DNA of 64,000 nucleotides from Haloplanus sp. GTDB lineage: Archaea; Halobacteriota; Halobacteria; Halobacteriales; Haloferacaceae. The notes under the pieces are model-generated. The model saw nothing but the letters and a program-made list of their open reading frames with translations. It did no database searches and was not told the DNA's origin. Position 1 is the stretch's first letter. Each line of letters opens with the position of its first letter. Below, piece by piece: positions 8,174 to 18,583 of this stretch. A program made the position numbers and the translations under genes. The stretch is taken from assembly GCF_028275055.1 (NCBI RefSeq), contig NZ_JAQCNJ010000072.1, positions 4,508 through 68,507 of the forward strand, given 5' to 3'.

Positions 8174-10942
8174 ATGAGCGAACTCGAAGAGGCCTACCGC
8201 CTCGAGTACTTCGAGGAGGAGGGATTCACCCGACAGGAGTGTTGCTCGTGTGGCGTCCACTTTTGGGCCCGGGTGGAGCGTGACACCTGCGGCGAACCAC
8301 CCTGTGACGACTACGATTTCATCGGGAACCCCGGCTTCGACGAGTCGTACACGCTGGAGGAGACGCGCGAGGCCTTTCTCTCCTTTTTCGAGAACAACGA
8401 CCACGAGCGTATCGACCCCTACCCCGTTGCGGCGAACCGGTGGCGCGACGACGTTCTCCTGACGCAGGCGTCTATCTACGACTTCCAGCCGTTGGTCACG
8501 TCCGGCGAGACGCCGCCGCCGGCGAATCCGCTCACCATCTCTCAGCCCTGCATCCGGATGCAGGATATCGACAACGTCGGCAAGACGGGCCGTCACACCA
8601 TGGCCTTCGAGATGATGGCCCACCACGCGTTCAACACTCGCGATGACGCCCCCGACGACTACGCCTACGAGGGCGAGGTGTACTGGAAAGACGAGACCGT
8701 CGAGTACTGCGACCGCTTTTTCCAACACATGGGGGTCGACCTCGAGGACATCACCTACATCGAGGATCCGTGGGTCGGGGGCGGAAACGCCGGCCCGGCC
8801 TTCGAGGTGATCTACCGGGGACTGGAACTCGCCACGCTCGTTTTCATGTCGATGGAACAGGACCCCGACGGCGAGTACGAGATGAAAGACGGCAACCGTT
8901 ACAGCCGCATGGACACATACGTCGTCGACACCGGGTACGGACTGGAACGGTGGACGTGGATGAGTCAGGGGACACCGACCGTCTACGAGGCCATCTACCC
9001 CGATATGATCGACTTTCTCACCGATCGTGCGGGCATCGACCACTCCGAGGACGACCGGGCGCTGGTCCAGGAGGCCGCCCGCCTGTCGGGCTATCTCGAC
9101 GTCGACGAGATCGACGACCTCGCCACAGCCCGGGCGGAGGTCGCCGACGAACTCGGTGTCGACGCCGCCGAACTCACCGCCCTTCTCGAACCCCTCGAGG
9201 ACGTTTACGCCATCGCCGACCACTGTCGGACGCTCGCGTACATGTTCGGCGACGGCATCGTCCCGTCGAACGTCGGGACGGGGTATCTCGCCCGGATGGT
9301 GCTCCGTCGAACCAAACGCCTCGTCGACGGCCTCGGCATCGACGCTCCACTCGACGAACTCGTCGACATGCAGGTCGACCGCCTCGGCTACACCAACCGC
9401 GACACGGTCCGGGATATCGTGCGCACCGAGGAACGAAAGTACCGCGAGACACTCGACCGCGGCTCCCGAAAGGTCGAGACCATCGCCGAGGAGTACGCCG
9501 ACCGCGGCGAACCGATCCCCCAGGAAACCCTGATCGAACTCTACGACTCCCACGGCATCCAGCCGGATATGGTCGCGGATATCGCCGCCGACCACGGCGC
9601 GGCCGTCGACGTCCCCGCCGACTTTTACCGACTGGTCGCCGCCCGTCACGGCGAGGACGGCGACGACGAGACGGCTGCCGGCCGCGACGGCCGCCTGGTC
9701 GACCTCCCCGAGACCGACCGCCTGTTCTACGACGAACAGGACAGAACCGAGTTCGAGGCGGTCGTTCTCGACGTGTTCGAACGGGAGGAGGGGTACGACG
9801 TGGTCCTCGACCAGACGATGTTCTACCCCGAAGGTGGCGGCCAACCGGCGGACACCGGTGTTCTCTCGACCGACGAGACGACCGTCGAGGTGACCGACGT
9901 CCAGAGTCACAACGGGGTGGTGTTCCACCGGACGGACGGCACCCCCGGCAAAGGCGAGTTCGTCCGCGGCCGGATCGACGCCGAACGGCGGTTCAGCCTG
10001 ATGCGCCACCACACCGCGACCCACGTGATCGGCCACGCCGCCCGGCAGGTACTCGGCGATCACGTCCGGCAGGCCGGCGCACAGAAAGGCACCGACGGGG
10101 CCCGCCTTGACGTGCGTCACTTCCGGCGTCTCTCCCGTGAAGAGGTCACGGAGATCGAACGCGTCGCAAACGAGATCGTGACCGAGAACCGGCCGGTGAC
10201 CCAGGAGTGGCCCGACCGCCACGAGGCCGAGGCCGAACACGGGTTCGACCTGTATCAGGGGGGTGTTCCCCCGGGACAGACGATCCGACTCATCCACGTC
10301 GACGACGACGTGCAGGCGTGTGCCGGCACGCACGTCGCCCGGACGGGCGACATCGGTGCGATCAAAATCGTCGACACCGAACCGATCCAGGACGGCGTCG
10401 AGCGCATCAGCTTCGCGGCGGGCGACGCCGCCATCAGGGCGACCCAGCGAACCGAGAACGCCCTCTACGAGGCCGCGGACGTTCTCGACGTTTCTCCGGA
10501 GGACGTGCCGGAGACGGCCGAGCGGTTCTTCGAGGAGTGGAAGGCCCGCGGCAAGGAGATCGACCGCCTGACGGAGGAACTCGCGGAGGCACGCGCCGCC
10601 GCGACCGACACCAAGGGTGTTGATGTCGGCGGCGTCGACGCCGTGATCCGGCGGCTGGACGCCGACGCGGACGAACTCCGCGCCACCGCCAACGCCGTCG
10701 TCGACGAGGGGTCGGTGGCCGTTCTCGGGAGCGCACAGGGCGGGAGCGCACAGTTCGTCGTCGGCGTTCCGGACGGCGTCGACATCAACGCGGGTGACGT
10801 CGTTGGCCGACTCGCGGGGCAGGCCGGCGGCGGCGGCGGCGGCCCGCCGGACTTCGCACAGGGTGGTGGCCCCGACGTCGACGCTCTGGACGACGCTCTC
10901 GAGGACGCCCCGGACGTGCTTCGGGCGGTACAGAACGCCTGA
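8174..10942 (+). CDS. alaS: Alanine--tRNA ligase (archaeal type)
   Basis: [25 protein letters not shown] and CAGTH editing motifs, GGGGG..FAQGGG. Confidence 0.98.
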   Translation: MSELEEAYRLEYFEEEGFTRQECCSCGVHFWARVERDTCGEPPCDDYDFIGNPGFDESYTLEETREAFLSFFENNDHERIDPYPVAANRWRDDVLLTQASIYDFQPLVTSGETPPPANPLTISQPCIRMQDIDNVGKTGRHTMAFEMMAHHAFNTRDDAPDDYAYEGEVYWKDETVEYCDRFFQHMGVDLEDITYIEDPWVGGGNAGPAFEVIYRGLELATLVFMSMEQDPDGEYEMKDGNRYSRMDTYVVDTGYGLERWTWMSQGTPTVYEAIYPDMIDFLTDRAGIDHSEDDRALVQEAARLSGYLDVDEIDDLATARAEVADELGVDAAELTALLEPLEDVYAIADHCRTLAYMFGDGIVPSNVGTGYLARMVLRRTKRLVDGLGIDAPLDELVDMQVDRLGYTNRDTVRDIVRTEERKYRETLDRGSRKVETIAEEYADRGEPIPQETLIELYDSHGIQPDMVADIAADHGAAVDVPADFYRLVAARHGEDGDDETAAGRDGRLVDLPETDRLFYDEQDRTEFEAVVLDVFEREEGYDVVLDQTMFYPEGGGQPADTGVLSTDETTVEVTDVQSHNGVVFHRTDGTPGKGEFVRGRIDAERRFSLMRHHTATHVIGHAARQVLGDHVRQAGAQKGTDGARLDVRHFRRLSREEVTEIERVANEIVTENRPVTQEWPDRHEAEAEHGFDLYQGGVPPGQTIRLIHVDDDVQACAGTHVARTGDIGAIKIVDTEPIQDGVERISFAAGDAAIRATQRTENALYEAADVLDVSPEDVPETAERFFEEWKARGKEIDRLTEELAEARAAATDTKGVDVGGVDAVIRRLDADADELRATANAVVDEGSVAVLGSAQGGSAQFVVGVPDGVDINAGDVVGRLAGQAGGGGGGPPDFAQGGGPDVDALDDALEDAPDVLRAVQNA

Positions 10943-11004
10943 GCCGGGCCGAAGCTTCATATTCGGTCCCGCGGCCACACCCGCCGTGACTTCCTCGCCG
11001 CGGC

Positions 11005-11082
11005 TCCCGTCGTCCCGGCCTTTGTGGTGTCGGCGTTCAGCCTTCCCGTCGTCCCGGCCTTTGTGGTGTCGGCGTTCAGCCT
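11005..11082. repeat. Perfect 39-bp tandem duplication
   Basis: tcccgtcgtcccggcctttgtggtgtcggcgttcagcct at 11005-11043 and 11044-11082. Confidence 0.95.
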
Positions 11083-11278
11083 CCTTCTCGCGGGTGCGAT
11101 GGCGCTCCGTGCGCGTCCGACCGTCGCCGTGCCGTCGCCCGACACGACACCGGCGGCGCTTCTCACCGGGCCGTCGCCCGTCCCGCCGTCGGTCGTGTTG
11201 ACCGGCGGCGCCGGCCTCGGACTCCTCCTTACGGTCGCCGTGATCGGGCCGGCGCTTCTGACCGCCCGCACGGCGTGA
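11024..11278 (+). CDS. Small hydrophobic hypothetical protein (start uncertain)
   Basis: Two hydrophobic segments; only a GTG start, inside the duplication. Confidence 0.4.
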   Translation: MVSAFSLPVVPAFVVSAFSLLLAGAMALRARPTVAVPSPDTTPAALLTGPSPVPPSVVLTGGAGLGLLLTVAVIGPALLTARTA

Positions 11279-11316
11279 GCAATGCTACTAACCGCTGGGG
11301 GGCCGTAGCCCCGCCC

Positions 11317-12105
11317 ATGCCGACCGCATCGAACGACTCGGCGTCGATCCACTACGCCGTCAACGGCGACCCCGACCGGGAGACGGTGTTGTGTCTCGGC
11401 GATGTGGGCTACGGCGCGTGGCAGTGGGGCTGGCAACACGCCGGTCTGACGGGTCCCTTCGAGACGGTGGTGATGGACCTACGGGGTGCGGGACGGTCCG
11501 ACGCCCCGCCCGGTCCCTACACGGTCGAGGATTTCGTCGCCGACGCGAGGGCCGTTCTCGCCGACCACGGAGCGCGGCGAAGCCACGTCGTCGGCGCGGG
11601 AGTGGGTGGACTGGTCGCGCTCGAACTCGCCCGGTCGTCGTCGCGCCCGGCGTCGCTGGCGCTTTTGGGGACCGCCGCGACCGGCGACGGCGTCTCGCTC
11701 GATCCGTTGTTCGGGTCGCCGGCCGATCCCGACGAACTGGTGTCGTCGCTGTCGGCGGCATTTTCCTCGGGGTTTCTCGACACCCATCCCGAGGTCATCG
11801 ACCGGATCGTCGATTGGCGCGCCGACGAGGACGCCACCCGCAAGGCGTGGGAAGCACAGGCCGCCGCGGTCGGGTCGTTCGACGTCTCGGACCGGTTGTA
11901 CGAGGTGACCCTTCCGACGCTCGTCGTTCACGGCCGCGACGACGCCGTCTGGCCGGTCGACCGCGGCCGGCGACTCGCAGACGGGCTCCCCCGAGGCGAG
12001 TTCGTCGGCCTCGACGCGGGGCATCTCGTTGGCGTCGAGCGCTCCCGCGAGGTGAACGACCGTCTCGTCGGCTTTTTTCAGAGCGCCGGACACGAGCGGG
12101 CGTAA
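11317..12105 (+). CDS. Alpha/beta-fold hydrolase
   Basis: DLRGAGRSD, PTLVVHGRDD, AGH; nucleophile elbow reads GAGVGG (Ser absent). Confidence 0.88.
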   Translation: MPTASNDSASIHYAVNGDPDRETVLCLGDVGYGAWQWGWQHAGLTGPFETVVMDLRGAGRSDAPPGPYTVEDFVADARAVLADHGARRSHVVGAGVGGLVALELARSSSRPASLALLGTAATGDGVSLDPLFGSPADPDELVSSLSAAFSSGFLDTHPEVIDRIVDWRADEDATRKAWEAQAAAVGSFDVSDRLYEVTLPTLVVHGRDDAVWPVDRGRRLADGLPRGEFVGLDAGHLVGVERSREVNDRLVGFFQSAGHERA

Positions 12106-12140
12106 GCGACTACCGCCTCGCGCGTCAGAACATACATACG

Positions 12141-12842
12141 ATGAGCCGACCCCGGATCGTTCTCCTCGACGCCTCACACGGCGCCGACCACACCCGTCGG
12201 AACTTCCGTCGGGAACTGGACGCCGCCCTCACCGAGTTCGACGCGTCGGCCGGCGAACTGCCGCGCGAGTTCGCCTACGACGCCGCCGTCGTGACCGGAT
12301 CGAAGTCCTCGGTCTACTGGGACGAGCCGTGGATCGACGGTCTCACCGACTGGATCGGGCGGGCGGCAGACCGCATGCCGATTCTCGGTGTCTGTTACGG
12401 CCACCAAGCCCTCGCGGCGGCACTCGGCGGCCGCGTCGAGGCGATGAACGACCTCGAACTCGGGTATCGGGAGATCAACCGGTCGGGCGAGGATCCACTG
12501 CTTTCGGGGCTCGACTCCCCTTTCGTCGCCTTCGAGACACACTCCGACCGGGTGGTCGAGTTGCCGCCGGATGCGACGCTTCTCGCCGAGAACGACCGCG
12601 GCGTGCAGGCATTCCGCCGCGGCGACTGCTGGGGTGTGCAGTTCCACCCCGAGTACGACCGGTCGAGCGCCGAGACGGTCACGCGGGGCAAAGACCTCCC
12701 ACAGGAGCGCATCGACTCCGTCGTCGCCGATATCACCGCCGACAACTACGCCGCCGCCTGCCGGACCAAGCGTCTCTTCGACAACTTCGTCGCATACGTC
12801 CGCGAGCGGACGGCAACGGCGACGGAGCGGTCGGAGGCCTGA
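12141..12842 (+). CDS. Type 1 glutamine amidotransferase (GMP synthase A-like)
   Basis: GVCYGHQ, GVQFHPE catalytic triad. Confidence 0.93.
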   Translation: MSRPRIVLLDASHGADHTRRNFRRELDAALTEFDASAGELPREFAYDAAVVTGSKSSVYWDEPWIDGLTDWIGRAADRMPILGVCYGHQALAAALGGRVEAMNDLELGYREINRSGEDPLLSGLDSPFVAFETHSDRVVELPPDATLLAENDRGVQAFRRGDCWGVQFHPEYDRSSAETVTRGKDLPQERIDSVVADITADNYAAACRTKRLFDNFVAYVRERTATATERSEA

Positions 12843-12896
12843 CCCGCCCGCCCGGATCTACCAATCGTTTTGAGGCCCCGCCTCGGAGATAACGGC

Positions 12897-13679
12897 ATGG
12901 GTCACACGATCGACGAGAAGCGTGTCTACGCCGACCGAACGGGGGCGGAAACGGTGCTGGTCGCGTCCGAACAGGGCGTCGTCGTTACGTCGCTGTCGGC
13001 CGACCGCGTCGGCGAGTTCCGCATCGATCACCGGACGGCCGCCCGCGACGTGGCCGCGACCGGTGACCGTCGCGCCGTCGCCACCGACCAGGACGTTCTC
13101 GCCGGTGGCTACGAACCGACGGGGTTCGGTCCGGCGGCCGCGGTCGGATTCGACGGCACCGATCTGCTCGCGGCCGGGCCGGACGGTCGGGTGGCCCGCC
13201 TCGACGACGAGGACGAGTGGACGACGCTCGGCCACGTCGAGACACCCCGTACCGTCCACGGCGGGATGGTCGGGGCCGCCGACGGCGTCTGGATGGTCGA
13301 CGATGGCTTACGGAACGTCGGTCTCGACGGCGTCCGTGGTGTCCACGGCAACGGAATGCCGCTTGCGGCCACCGGCGACGGTCTCTACCGCCTCGGCAAC
13401 GGGTGGATGACCGAACGCGACGGCGCGTTCGGTGTGGTGAGCGTTGACGCGGCCGACGACCGCGCCCACGCCGTCGGCGCTGACGGGACGTTCGTCCGCG
13501 AGTCGGTCGGCGAGTGGACGGCGGTCGAGACGCCCGCCGATCCGGTCGACGTGGCCTACACCGACGAGGCCACGGTCGCCGTGACCGAAGGGGGGGCGTT
13601 GCTCGCCGACGCCGGTGAGGGGTGGCGGACACGCGAACTGGGGGTCAGCGGCGTCGCGGCGCTCGCGGTCCGTGGCTGA
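12897..13679 (+). CDS. Conserved haloarchaeal beta-propeller-like protein
   Basis: IDEKRVY start, repeated short beta strands with W/G. Confidence 0.7.
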   Translation: MGHTIDEKRVYADRTGAETVLVASEQGVVVTSLSADRVGEFRIDHRTAARDVAATGDRRAVATDQDVLAGGYEPTGFGPAAAVGFDGTDLLAAGPDGRVARLDDEDEWTTLGHVETPRTVHGGMVGAADGVWMVDDGLRNVGLDGVRGVHGNGMPLAATGDGLYRLGNGWMTERDGAFGVVSVDAADDRAHAVGADGTFVRESVGEWTAVETPADPVDVAYTDEATVAVTEGGALLADAGEGWRTRELGVSGVAALAVRG

Positions 13680-13724
13680 CTGTGGACGGAAACGGTTTTC
13701 GGGGCGGCAGTCAATCCACTCCAC

Positions 13725-14579
13725 ATGATCGTCCCCGGTTCGAACTCGCAGGCGCTCGGGGCGGCGCTGGCCGCCGAGACGGGCCGCTCGCTCGCCGACG
13801 TACGGTACGAGCGGTTTCCCGACGGCGAACGCATGGCGTCGACGCCCGGCATCGACTCCGCCGTCCACCGGGCGGTGGTCGTCGCCTCAACGACGGCAGA
13901 TACCGCCTACGTCGAACTTCTCCAACTGCAAGACGCCGCCCGCGAGGCCGGAGCAGACGAACTGGTGACCGTCCTGCCGTATATGCGGTACGGGCGACAG
14001 GAGCACGCGTTCGAACACGGCCAACCCGTCTCGGCCCGCGCCGTCGCCCGCGCAGTCTCGACCGGCACGGACCGGGTCGTTCTCGTCAACCCACACGAGG
14101 CGTCGGTGACCGACTTTTTCGATGTCCCCTGTGCGGTCGTCGACGCCGCCCCCCGACTCGCCGCCCCGCTTCCCGCCAACCTCACCGATCCGCTTTTTCT
14201 CTCGCCCGACGCGGGCGCCGTTGCGCTTGCCGAATCGGCCCGGGACGCCTACGGCCGGGGTGGCGTGGACTTTTTTCAGAAGGTCCGCCACTCCGGTACC
14301 GAGGTGGAGATCACGCCGGGCGACGCCGACGTGTCGGGCCGAGACGTGATCGTCGTTGACGACATCGTCGCCACGGGGACGACGATGAGTGAGTCGGTCG
14401 GGCTTCTGACCGACCGTGGTGCCGACGGGGTGTACGTCACCTGTGTCCACCCGCTGCTCGCCCGGAACGCGCGGACGAAACTCGAACGCGCCGGCGTATC
14501 GGCCATCTACGGCACCGACACCATCGAGCGCGAGGTGACCGCAACCTCGGTCGCTCCGACCGTCGCCGATGCCCTGTGA
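13725..14579 (+). CDS. prs: Ribose-phosphate pyrophosphokinase
   Basis: FPDGE, PYMRYGRQ, SPDAGA, VDDIVATGTT. Confidence 0.96.
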   Translation: MIVPGSNSQALGAALAAETGRSLADVRYERFPDGERMASTPGIDSAVHRAVVVASTTADTAYVELLQLQDAAREAGADELVTVLPYMRYGRQEHAFEHGQPVSARAVARAVSTGTDRVVLVNPHEASVTDFFDVPCAVVDAAPRLAAPLPANLTDPLFLSPDAGAVALAESARDAYGRGGVDFFQKVRHSGTEVEITPGDADVSGRDVIVVDDIVATGTTMSESVGLLTDRGADGVYVTCVHPLLARNARTKLERAGVSAIYGTDTIEREVTATSVAPTVADAL

Positions 14580-14586
14580 GACATCC

Positions 14587-15243
14587 GTGGTCTCGCCCGA
14601 CTCACCCGATCCGCCCGACTCCGACGACGCCCTCGTTCTCGCACCCGACTGCCGGCGCTGTCCCGCACTCGTGGACGCACGCGACCGGATCGCGTGGGGG
14701 AATGGACCGCGGGACGCGGCGGTTCTCGTCGTGGGTGAGGCCCCCGCCACGGGTGACCCCGACGCAGTCGACTGGCCGGGAGGCAACCGTTCGGGGCTGG
14801 CGTACACCTCGCTCCACTCGGGGCGGCGGATCCGCTCGCTGCTTGCGGCCGTCGGCCTCGACGGCGACGCCTTCTACACGAACGCGGTGAAGTGTCACCC
14901 TGCCGACGGCGATGGATCGAACCGGGAGCCGACGGACGCGGAGCGGTCGAACTGCCGGACACACCTCCGGACGGAGGTCGAAACAATCGATCCCACGGTC
15001 GTTCTCGCGACCGGCAAACACGCGACCACCACCCTACGTGCCGTCGAGAACCGGACGCTCGATGGATTCATCGACCACGTGCTCTCACCGGTCGACTGCC
15101 CGACCATGGGAACGACGCTCGTCCCACTCCTGCACCCCTCCTACGCCGACGTGTGGCGGTCGCGACTCGGTCACGACCGGGCGTCCTATCGGGAGGCGCT
15201 GGCGGCGACGCTCCGCGAGTGCGGGGTCGCCCTCGACGACTGA
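14587..15243 (+). CDS. Uracil-DNA glycosylase family protein (Fe-S, family 4/5-like)
   Basis: CRRC, VGEAP, NAVKC, LHPS motifs; start uncertain (14569 or 14587). Confidence 0.9.
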   Translation: MVSPDSPDPPDSDDALVLAPDCRRCPALVDARDRIAWGNGPRDAAVLVVGEAPATGDPDAVDWPGGNRSGLAYTSLHSGRRIRSLLAAVGLDGDAFYTNAVKCHPADGDGSNREPTDAERSNCRTHLRTEVETIDPTVVLATGKHATTTLRAVENRTLDGFIDHVLSPVDCPTMGTTLVPLLHPSYADVWRSRLGHDRASYREALAATLRECGVALDD

Positions 15244-15298
15244 TCGAGTACTCGCCGCCTCCGGGACGCTTTTGAGACGGGACAACGATCAAACACGT

Positions 15299-15718
15299 AT
15301 GTCAGACTGCATCTTCTGTGACATCGTCGACGGAGACATCCCCAGTCACACGGTCCACGAGAACGAGACGGTGATGGCCTTTCTCGACGCCAACCCCCTC
15401 GCCCGGGGGCATACGCTCGTTATCCCGAAGGCCCATCACGAGCGGGTGAACGACCTGCCTGCGGATCTCGCGACGGATATCTTCGCGGCCGTCCACGACC
15501 TGACCGGCCGGATCGAACGCGCTGTCGACGCCGACGCGACGACCATCGCGTTCAACAACGGTCCCGCCGCCGGACAGGAAGTTCCCCACGTTCACGCCCA
15601 CATCGTCCCCCGGTCCGAGGCCGACGGCGGGCGACCGATCCACGCCCTGATCGAGGACCGACCCGACGTGGCCGACGACGAACTCGCCGACGTGGCAGCG
15701 ACCATCGGCTCCACCTGA
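15299..15718 (+). CDS. HIT family nucleotide hydrolase
   Basis: CIFC, GHTLVIPK, HVHAH histidine triad. Confidence 0.95.
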   Translation: MSDCIFCDIVDGDIPSHTVHENETVMAFLDANPLARGHTLVIPKAHHERVNDLPADLATDIFAAVHDLTGRIERAVDADATTIAFNNGPAAGQEVPHVHAHIVPRSEADGGRPIHALIEDRPDVADDELADVAATIGST

Positions 15719-15754
15719 CCGCTCGCGGCCGCGGACGCCCGGAAACACCGGGAA

Positions 15755-16060
15755 TCACTCCACCGGCTGGACCCGTACCGCCCCGTCGGAATCGGCGAAA
15801 ACGAGGGATCCCTCGATCCGAAAGAAAACCTTCAGTTCCGGCGTGTACCACGACCGGTTGAGCAACAGGCCGTTGAGCGCGTCCAGATCGACGTGTTCGT
15901 GCAGTGGCCCCACATCGGCCACCTCGTCGTCCGTCCGACCGGCCAACGTTTCCGTGATTGCGGTGAGAGGTGTGATGTCGTCCCACTCGAATTCGGCGTA
16001 CGTGACGTCACTCGGTGACAGTGGTGGCTGTGTCACCGACGTGTCCGGGTCGTCGCTCAT
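15755..16060 (-). CDS. HalOD1 output-domain protein
   Basis: AITETLA...PLHEHVDLDALNGL...VFFRIEG pattern typical of HalOD1. Confidence 0.8.
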   Translation of the reverse strand: MSDDPDTSVTQPPLSPSDVTYAEFEWDDITPLTAITETLAGRTDDEVADVGPLHEHVDLDALNGLLLNRSWYTPELKVFFRIEGSLVFADSDGAVRVQPVE

Positions 16061-16126
16061 CGGTTTTTCACCTGCCGTTCCCGTTCCCGTTGTGTGATCT
16101 CTCCTGCCGCGTTTCGCGCGTCCGAT

Positions 16127-16882
16127 CTACTCATCCGTCCGTTCGAACGTTCCAGCGGTGTGGTTGTATTCGAACCTCCCGATGCTCACGGCCCCCGACT
16201 CGACATCGCCACAGGTGTGGCCCGCTCTGTCGAGTGGCCGTCCTTCGCCCTCTTTGAACTTGCTGGCCGAGGTGTCATCGAGATGGTACTCCGTCCCGTC
16301 GGAGCCGTAGAGAACGCTCGTGATCCCTTGTCCGTCCAAAGAGACCCCGGTCGGAGCAGTCGTCCCGTCGGCGCCGACGGCCGACACGCTCGCCGCCGCC
16401 GCGTTGTGGTCCCCACACAGCGTAACAAACTCGATCCCCGTCCGCTGGCAGGACACCGGCACCCGCCGGATAAATCCGACGGCGGTGTCGCTACCGGTGG
16501 CGCGGACCACGAGATCGACCCACTCTGAGCCGCCATCGGCAGTCCCCGCCGGCGCGAGTCGCACGCGGACGGTCCCCGCCTCTCCCGCCCGGATCGGTGC
16601 CGTCGAACCGGTGTCGTCGACCCGGACGCCGTTGCTCGTGTTCCGTGTTGTTACGTCAACCTCATTCAGATCGACCGCCGGAAATCGGTTGTGCACCGTA
16701 AGTGCCGTCCCCGAGCCACAGGTGAGGCCGCCGTGTGTGGTCACGCCGAGGTGTGACTCTCCACCCCCCACGGTCACCGGAGCGGTTCGATCGAACCCCG
16801 CCGCGGTGAAGCCGCCGGTCCCGGTGGCTACCAGAACGAGCAGACAGACTGTGCCGAGCAGCACTATCCGTGCGCTTGCCAC
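16127..16882 (-). CDS. Secreted protein with SipW-type/DUF1102-like signal region
   Basis: Hydrophobic N-terminus then GTGG-FTAAGFDRTAPVTV; beta-rich, several Cys. Confidence 0.75.
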   Translation of the reverse strand: MASARIVLLGTVCLLVLVATGTGGFTAAGFDRTAPVTVGGGESHLGVTTHGGLTCGSGTALTVHNRFPAVDLNEVDVTTRNTSNGVRVDDTGSTAPIRAGEAGTVRVRLAPAGTADGGSEWVDLVVRATGSDTAVGFIRRVPVSCQRTGIEFVTLCGDHNAAAASVSAVGADGTTAPTGVSLDGQGITSVLYGSDGTEYHLDDTSASKFKEGEGRPLDRAGHTCGDVESGAVSIGRFEYNHTAGTFERTDE

Positions 16883-16888
16883 GACTGG

Positions 16889-17491
16889 TCACTCCTGTCT
16901 GTGGGGTATGTCGCCGGCACCGAGATGCATCTCGTACCGGTTACTGTACAGGTATACTATCGACGAGACGAGCGACGCGACGGAGCTGATCCCCGCCCAC
17001 TCCAAGTCCGTGAACATCGTGAACGGGTATATATGCAGCCACGCCGCGAGAATGGCCGCCACCAGCGTCCCGGACAACAACACGAAGTACGTCGCCCACG
17101 GGACCTCGTCCCCCGAGACGGTCTCCAGATAGACATCGAGTTCTTCTCCCTCCTCGGTGAGTGTGATGTCACCGGTTCGGTTGTCGAACTCTACGATGTC
17201 TGCGGCGTCCATCTTCGGCAGGTGGAACTGACGGAGCGCCGTGTGGACGTTCTTTCGCTCGTCGTAGTTGATCCGCTCGGGCGCTGTCTCGAGTTCCGCC
17301 GCCGCGACGTGTGTCGATATCTCCGAGATGTCAACCGGTCCGCGCTCGTCCTGCCGGTGCAGGTAGTCGAAGACGAGGCGCTGTCGCTGGTTGCTGAACA
17401 CCTCGAATACGTCGTCTTTCGATAATGCCTGTGCGTCTCCCTCTATGCCGGTACCGCTTATCATGCGCCCTGTGTCAGTGCCGCTTGCCAT
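16889..17491 (-). CDS. Membrane-tethered winged-HTH regulator (DUF7344-like)
   Basis: VFEVFSNQRQR...RKNVHTALRQFHLPKMDAADIVEFD plus two C-terminal TM helices. Confidence 0.85.
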   Translation of the reverse strand: MASGTDTGRMISGTGIEGDAQALSKDDVFEVFSNQRQRLVFDYLHRQDERGPVDISEISTHVAAAELETAPERINYDERKNVHTALRQFHLPKMDAADIVEFDNRTGDITLTEEGEELDVYLETVSGDEVPWATYFVLLSGTLVAAILAAWLHIYPFTMFTDLEWAGISSVASLVSSIVYLYSNRYEMHLGAGDIPHRQE

Positions 17492-17741
17492 GCATCCCCG
17501 TGTCACATCGTAAGGCCGGGGATACCGTTGTTATGATGGTTTATCGGTCTGATAATTAGGCCGTTACTACTCCCGAAAAAACCTCGTACCCGAAACCGAC
17601 CAGCCGGTAAGATCCGCTTTCACCTCCCGAAACGGGTTGTTACCGGCCGAGAATACGGCCGCTTGGCACCTCGCAGACGCCTCTTTTTCCGATCCCCCAT
17701 CGCCTGTATAACAATACCCCCTTGGCCCCCTGTATGAGGTG

Positions 17742-17764
17742 CGCCCGTGATACACGGGCGGTGA
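17742..17764 (+). promoter_or_regulatory. 5'-leader hairpin abutting GGTGA Shine-Dalgarno
   Basis: CGCCCGTG-ATA-CACGGGCG (17742-17760), then GGTGA 6 nt before ATG 17771. Confidence 0.5.
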
Positions 17765-17770
17765 CAACCA

Positions 17771-18565
17771 ATGGACCGGAGAAAGTTCTTGGTCGGACTC
17801 GGATCGCTCGCCGCCGGCGGGGCGGCTGCATCAGGCACCGGCGCGTTCACGGCCGCGACGATGTCGCGGTCCGCGAACGTGGCGGTGGTCAACGACAGCA
17901 ACGCGCTCGTCGCGATGGAACCCGGCGGCGCTCGCGGTCTCGGTGATCGGGTGAGCCTTGACGGCAACGGCGAACTCGCGATCGACATCGTGGGCAGCGG
18001 CAGTGGTGCCGGTGTCAACGACCAGTCGAAGTACCAGCTCGGCGCGATGAACGACGACGCACAGGGCGACGCCGTCGCCTTCGAGAGTATTTTTGACAGC
18101 GACACCAACCCGGCGGCGGCTGGCAGCGGCGAACCGTTCGTCGTCACGGGTAGTGGAGGAGTGGACCAGTCGGCGTTCGTTATCAGCAACAACAGCGGTC
18201 AGACCATCGATCTGGAGGTCGGGTTGGAACTCAACCGGAACACCGAACCCGGAACCGCAAGCGTTTTTCTGCAAGGAAAGGCGACGGCGATCAGCGCCGA
18301 CCGCGGCACCACAGGCACCAACGATCCCAGCCAACTCGATGGAGCGACGGACACGACACAACTCACGCTGAGCGACAATCCGTCCGCACAGCAGGCTCTG
18401 AGCTTCAACAACGGAAACGACCCCGACGAGGCCATTCCGGCCGGGGAGCAGGTGTACGTCTCGTTCCAGGTCGACGCCACCGAGGCCGACACCTCGGGCG
18501 AGGCCCCCCTCCCGGGCAGCCTCGTGGTCAACGCCAACGAGGCCGCCGACCCCGGAACGGAGTAA
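17771..18565 (+). CDS. DUF1102-like secreted protein (SipW substrate candidate, probable major subunit)
   Basis: MDRRKFLVGLGSLAAGGAAASGTGA-FTAATMSRSANVAVVND; acidic, beta-rich. Confidence 0.85.
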   Translation: MDRRKFLVGLGSLAAGGAAASGTGAFTAATMSRSANVAVVNDSNALVAMEPGGARGLGDRVSLDGNGELAIDIVGSGSGAGVNDQSKYQLGAMNDDAQGDAVAFESIFDSDTNPAAAGSGEPFVVTGSGGVDQSAFVISNNSGQTIDLEVGLELNRNTEPGTASVFLQGKATAISADRGTTGTNDPSQLDGATDTTQLTLSDNPSAQQALSFNNGNDPDEAIPAGEQVYVSFQVDATEADTSGEAPLPGSLVVNANEAADPGTE

Positions 18566-18583
18566 CCCCCCACTCCCCTACCC

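Noticed and set aside
7490-10978. 1162-aa antisense ORF over alaS and similar long shadow ORFs (e.g. 3508-5742, 33805-35913, 38383-40074)
   Set aside because: Expected by-product of high GC and biased codon usage opposite or overlapping real genes; no motifs
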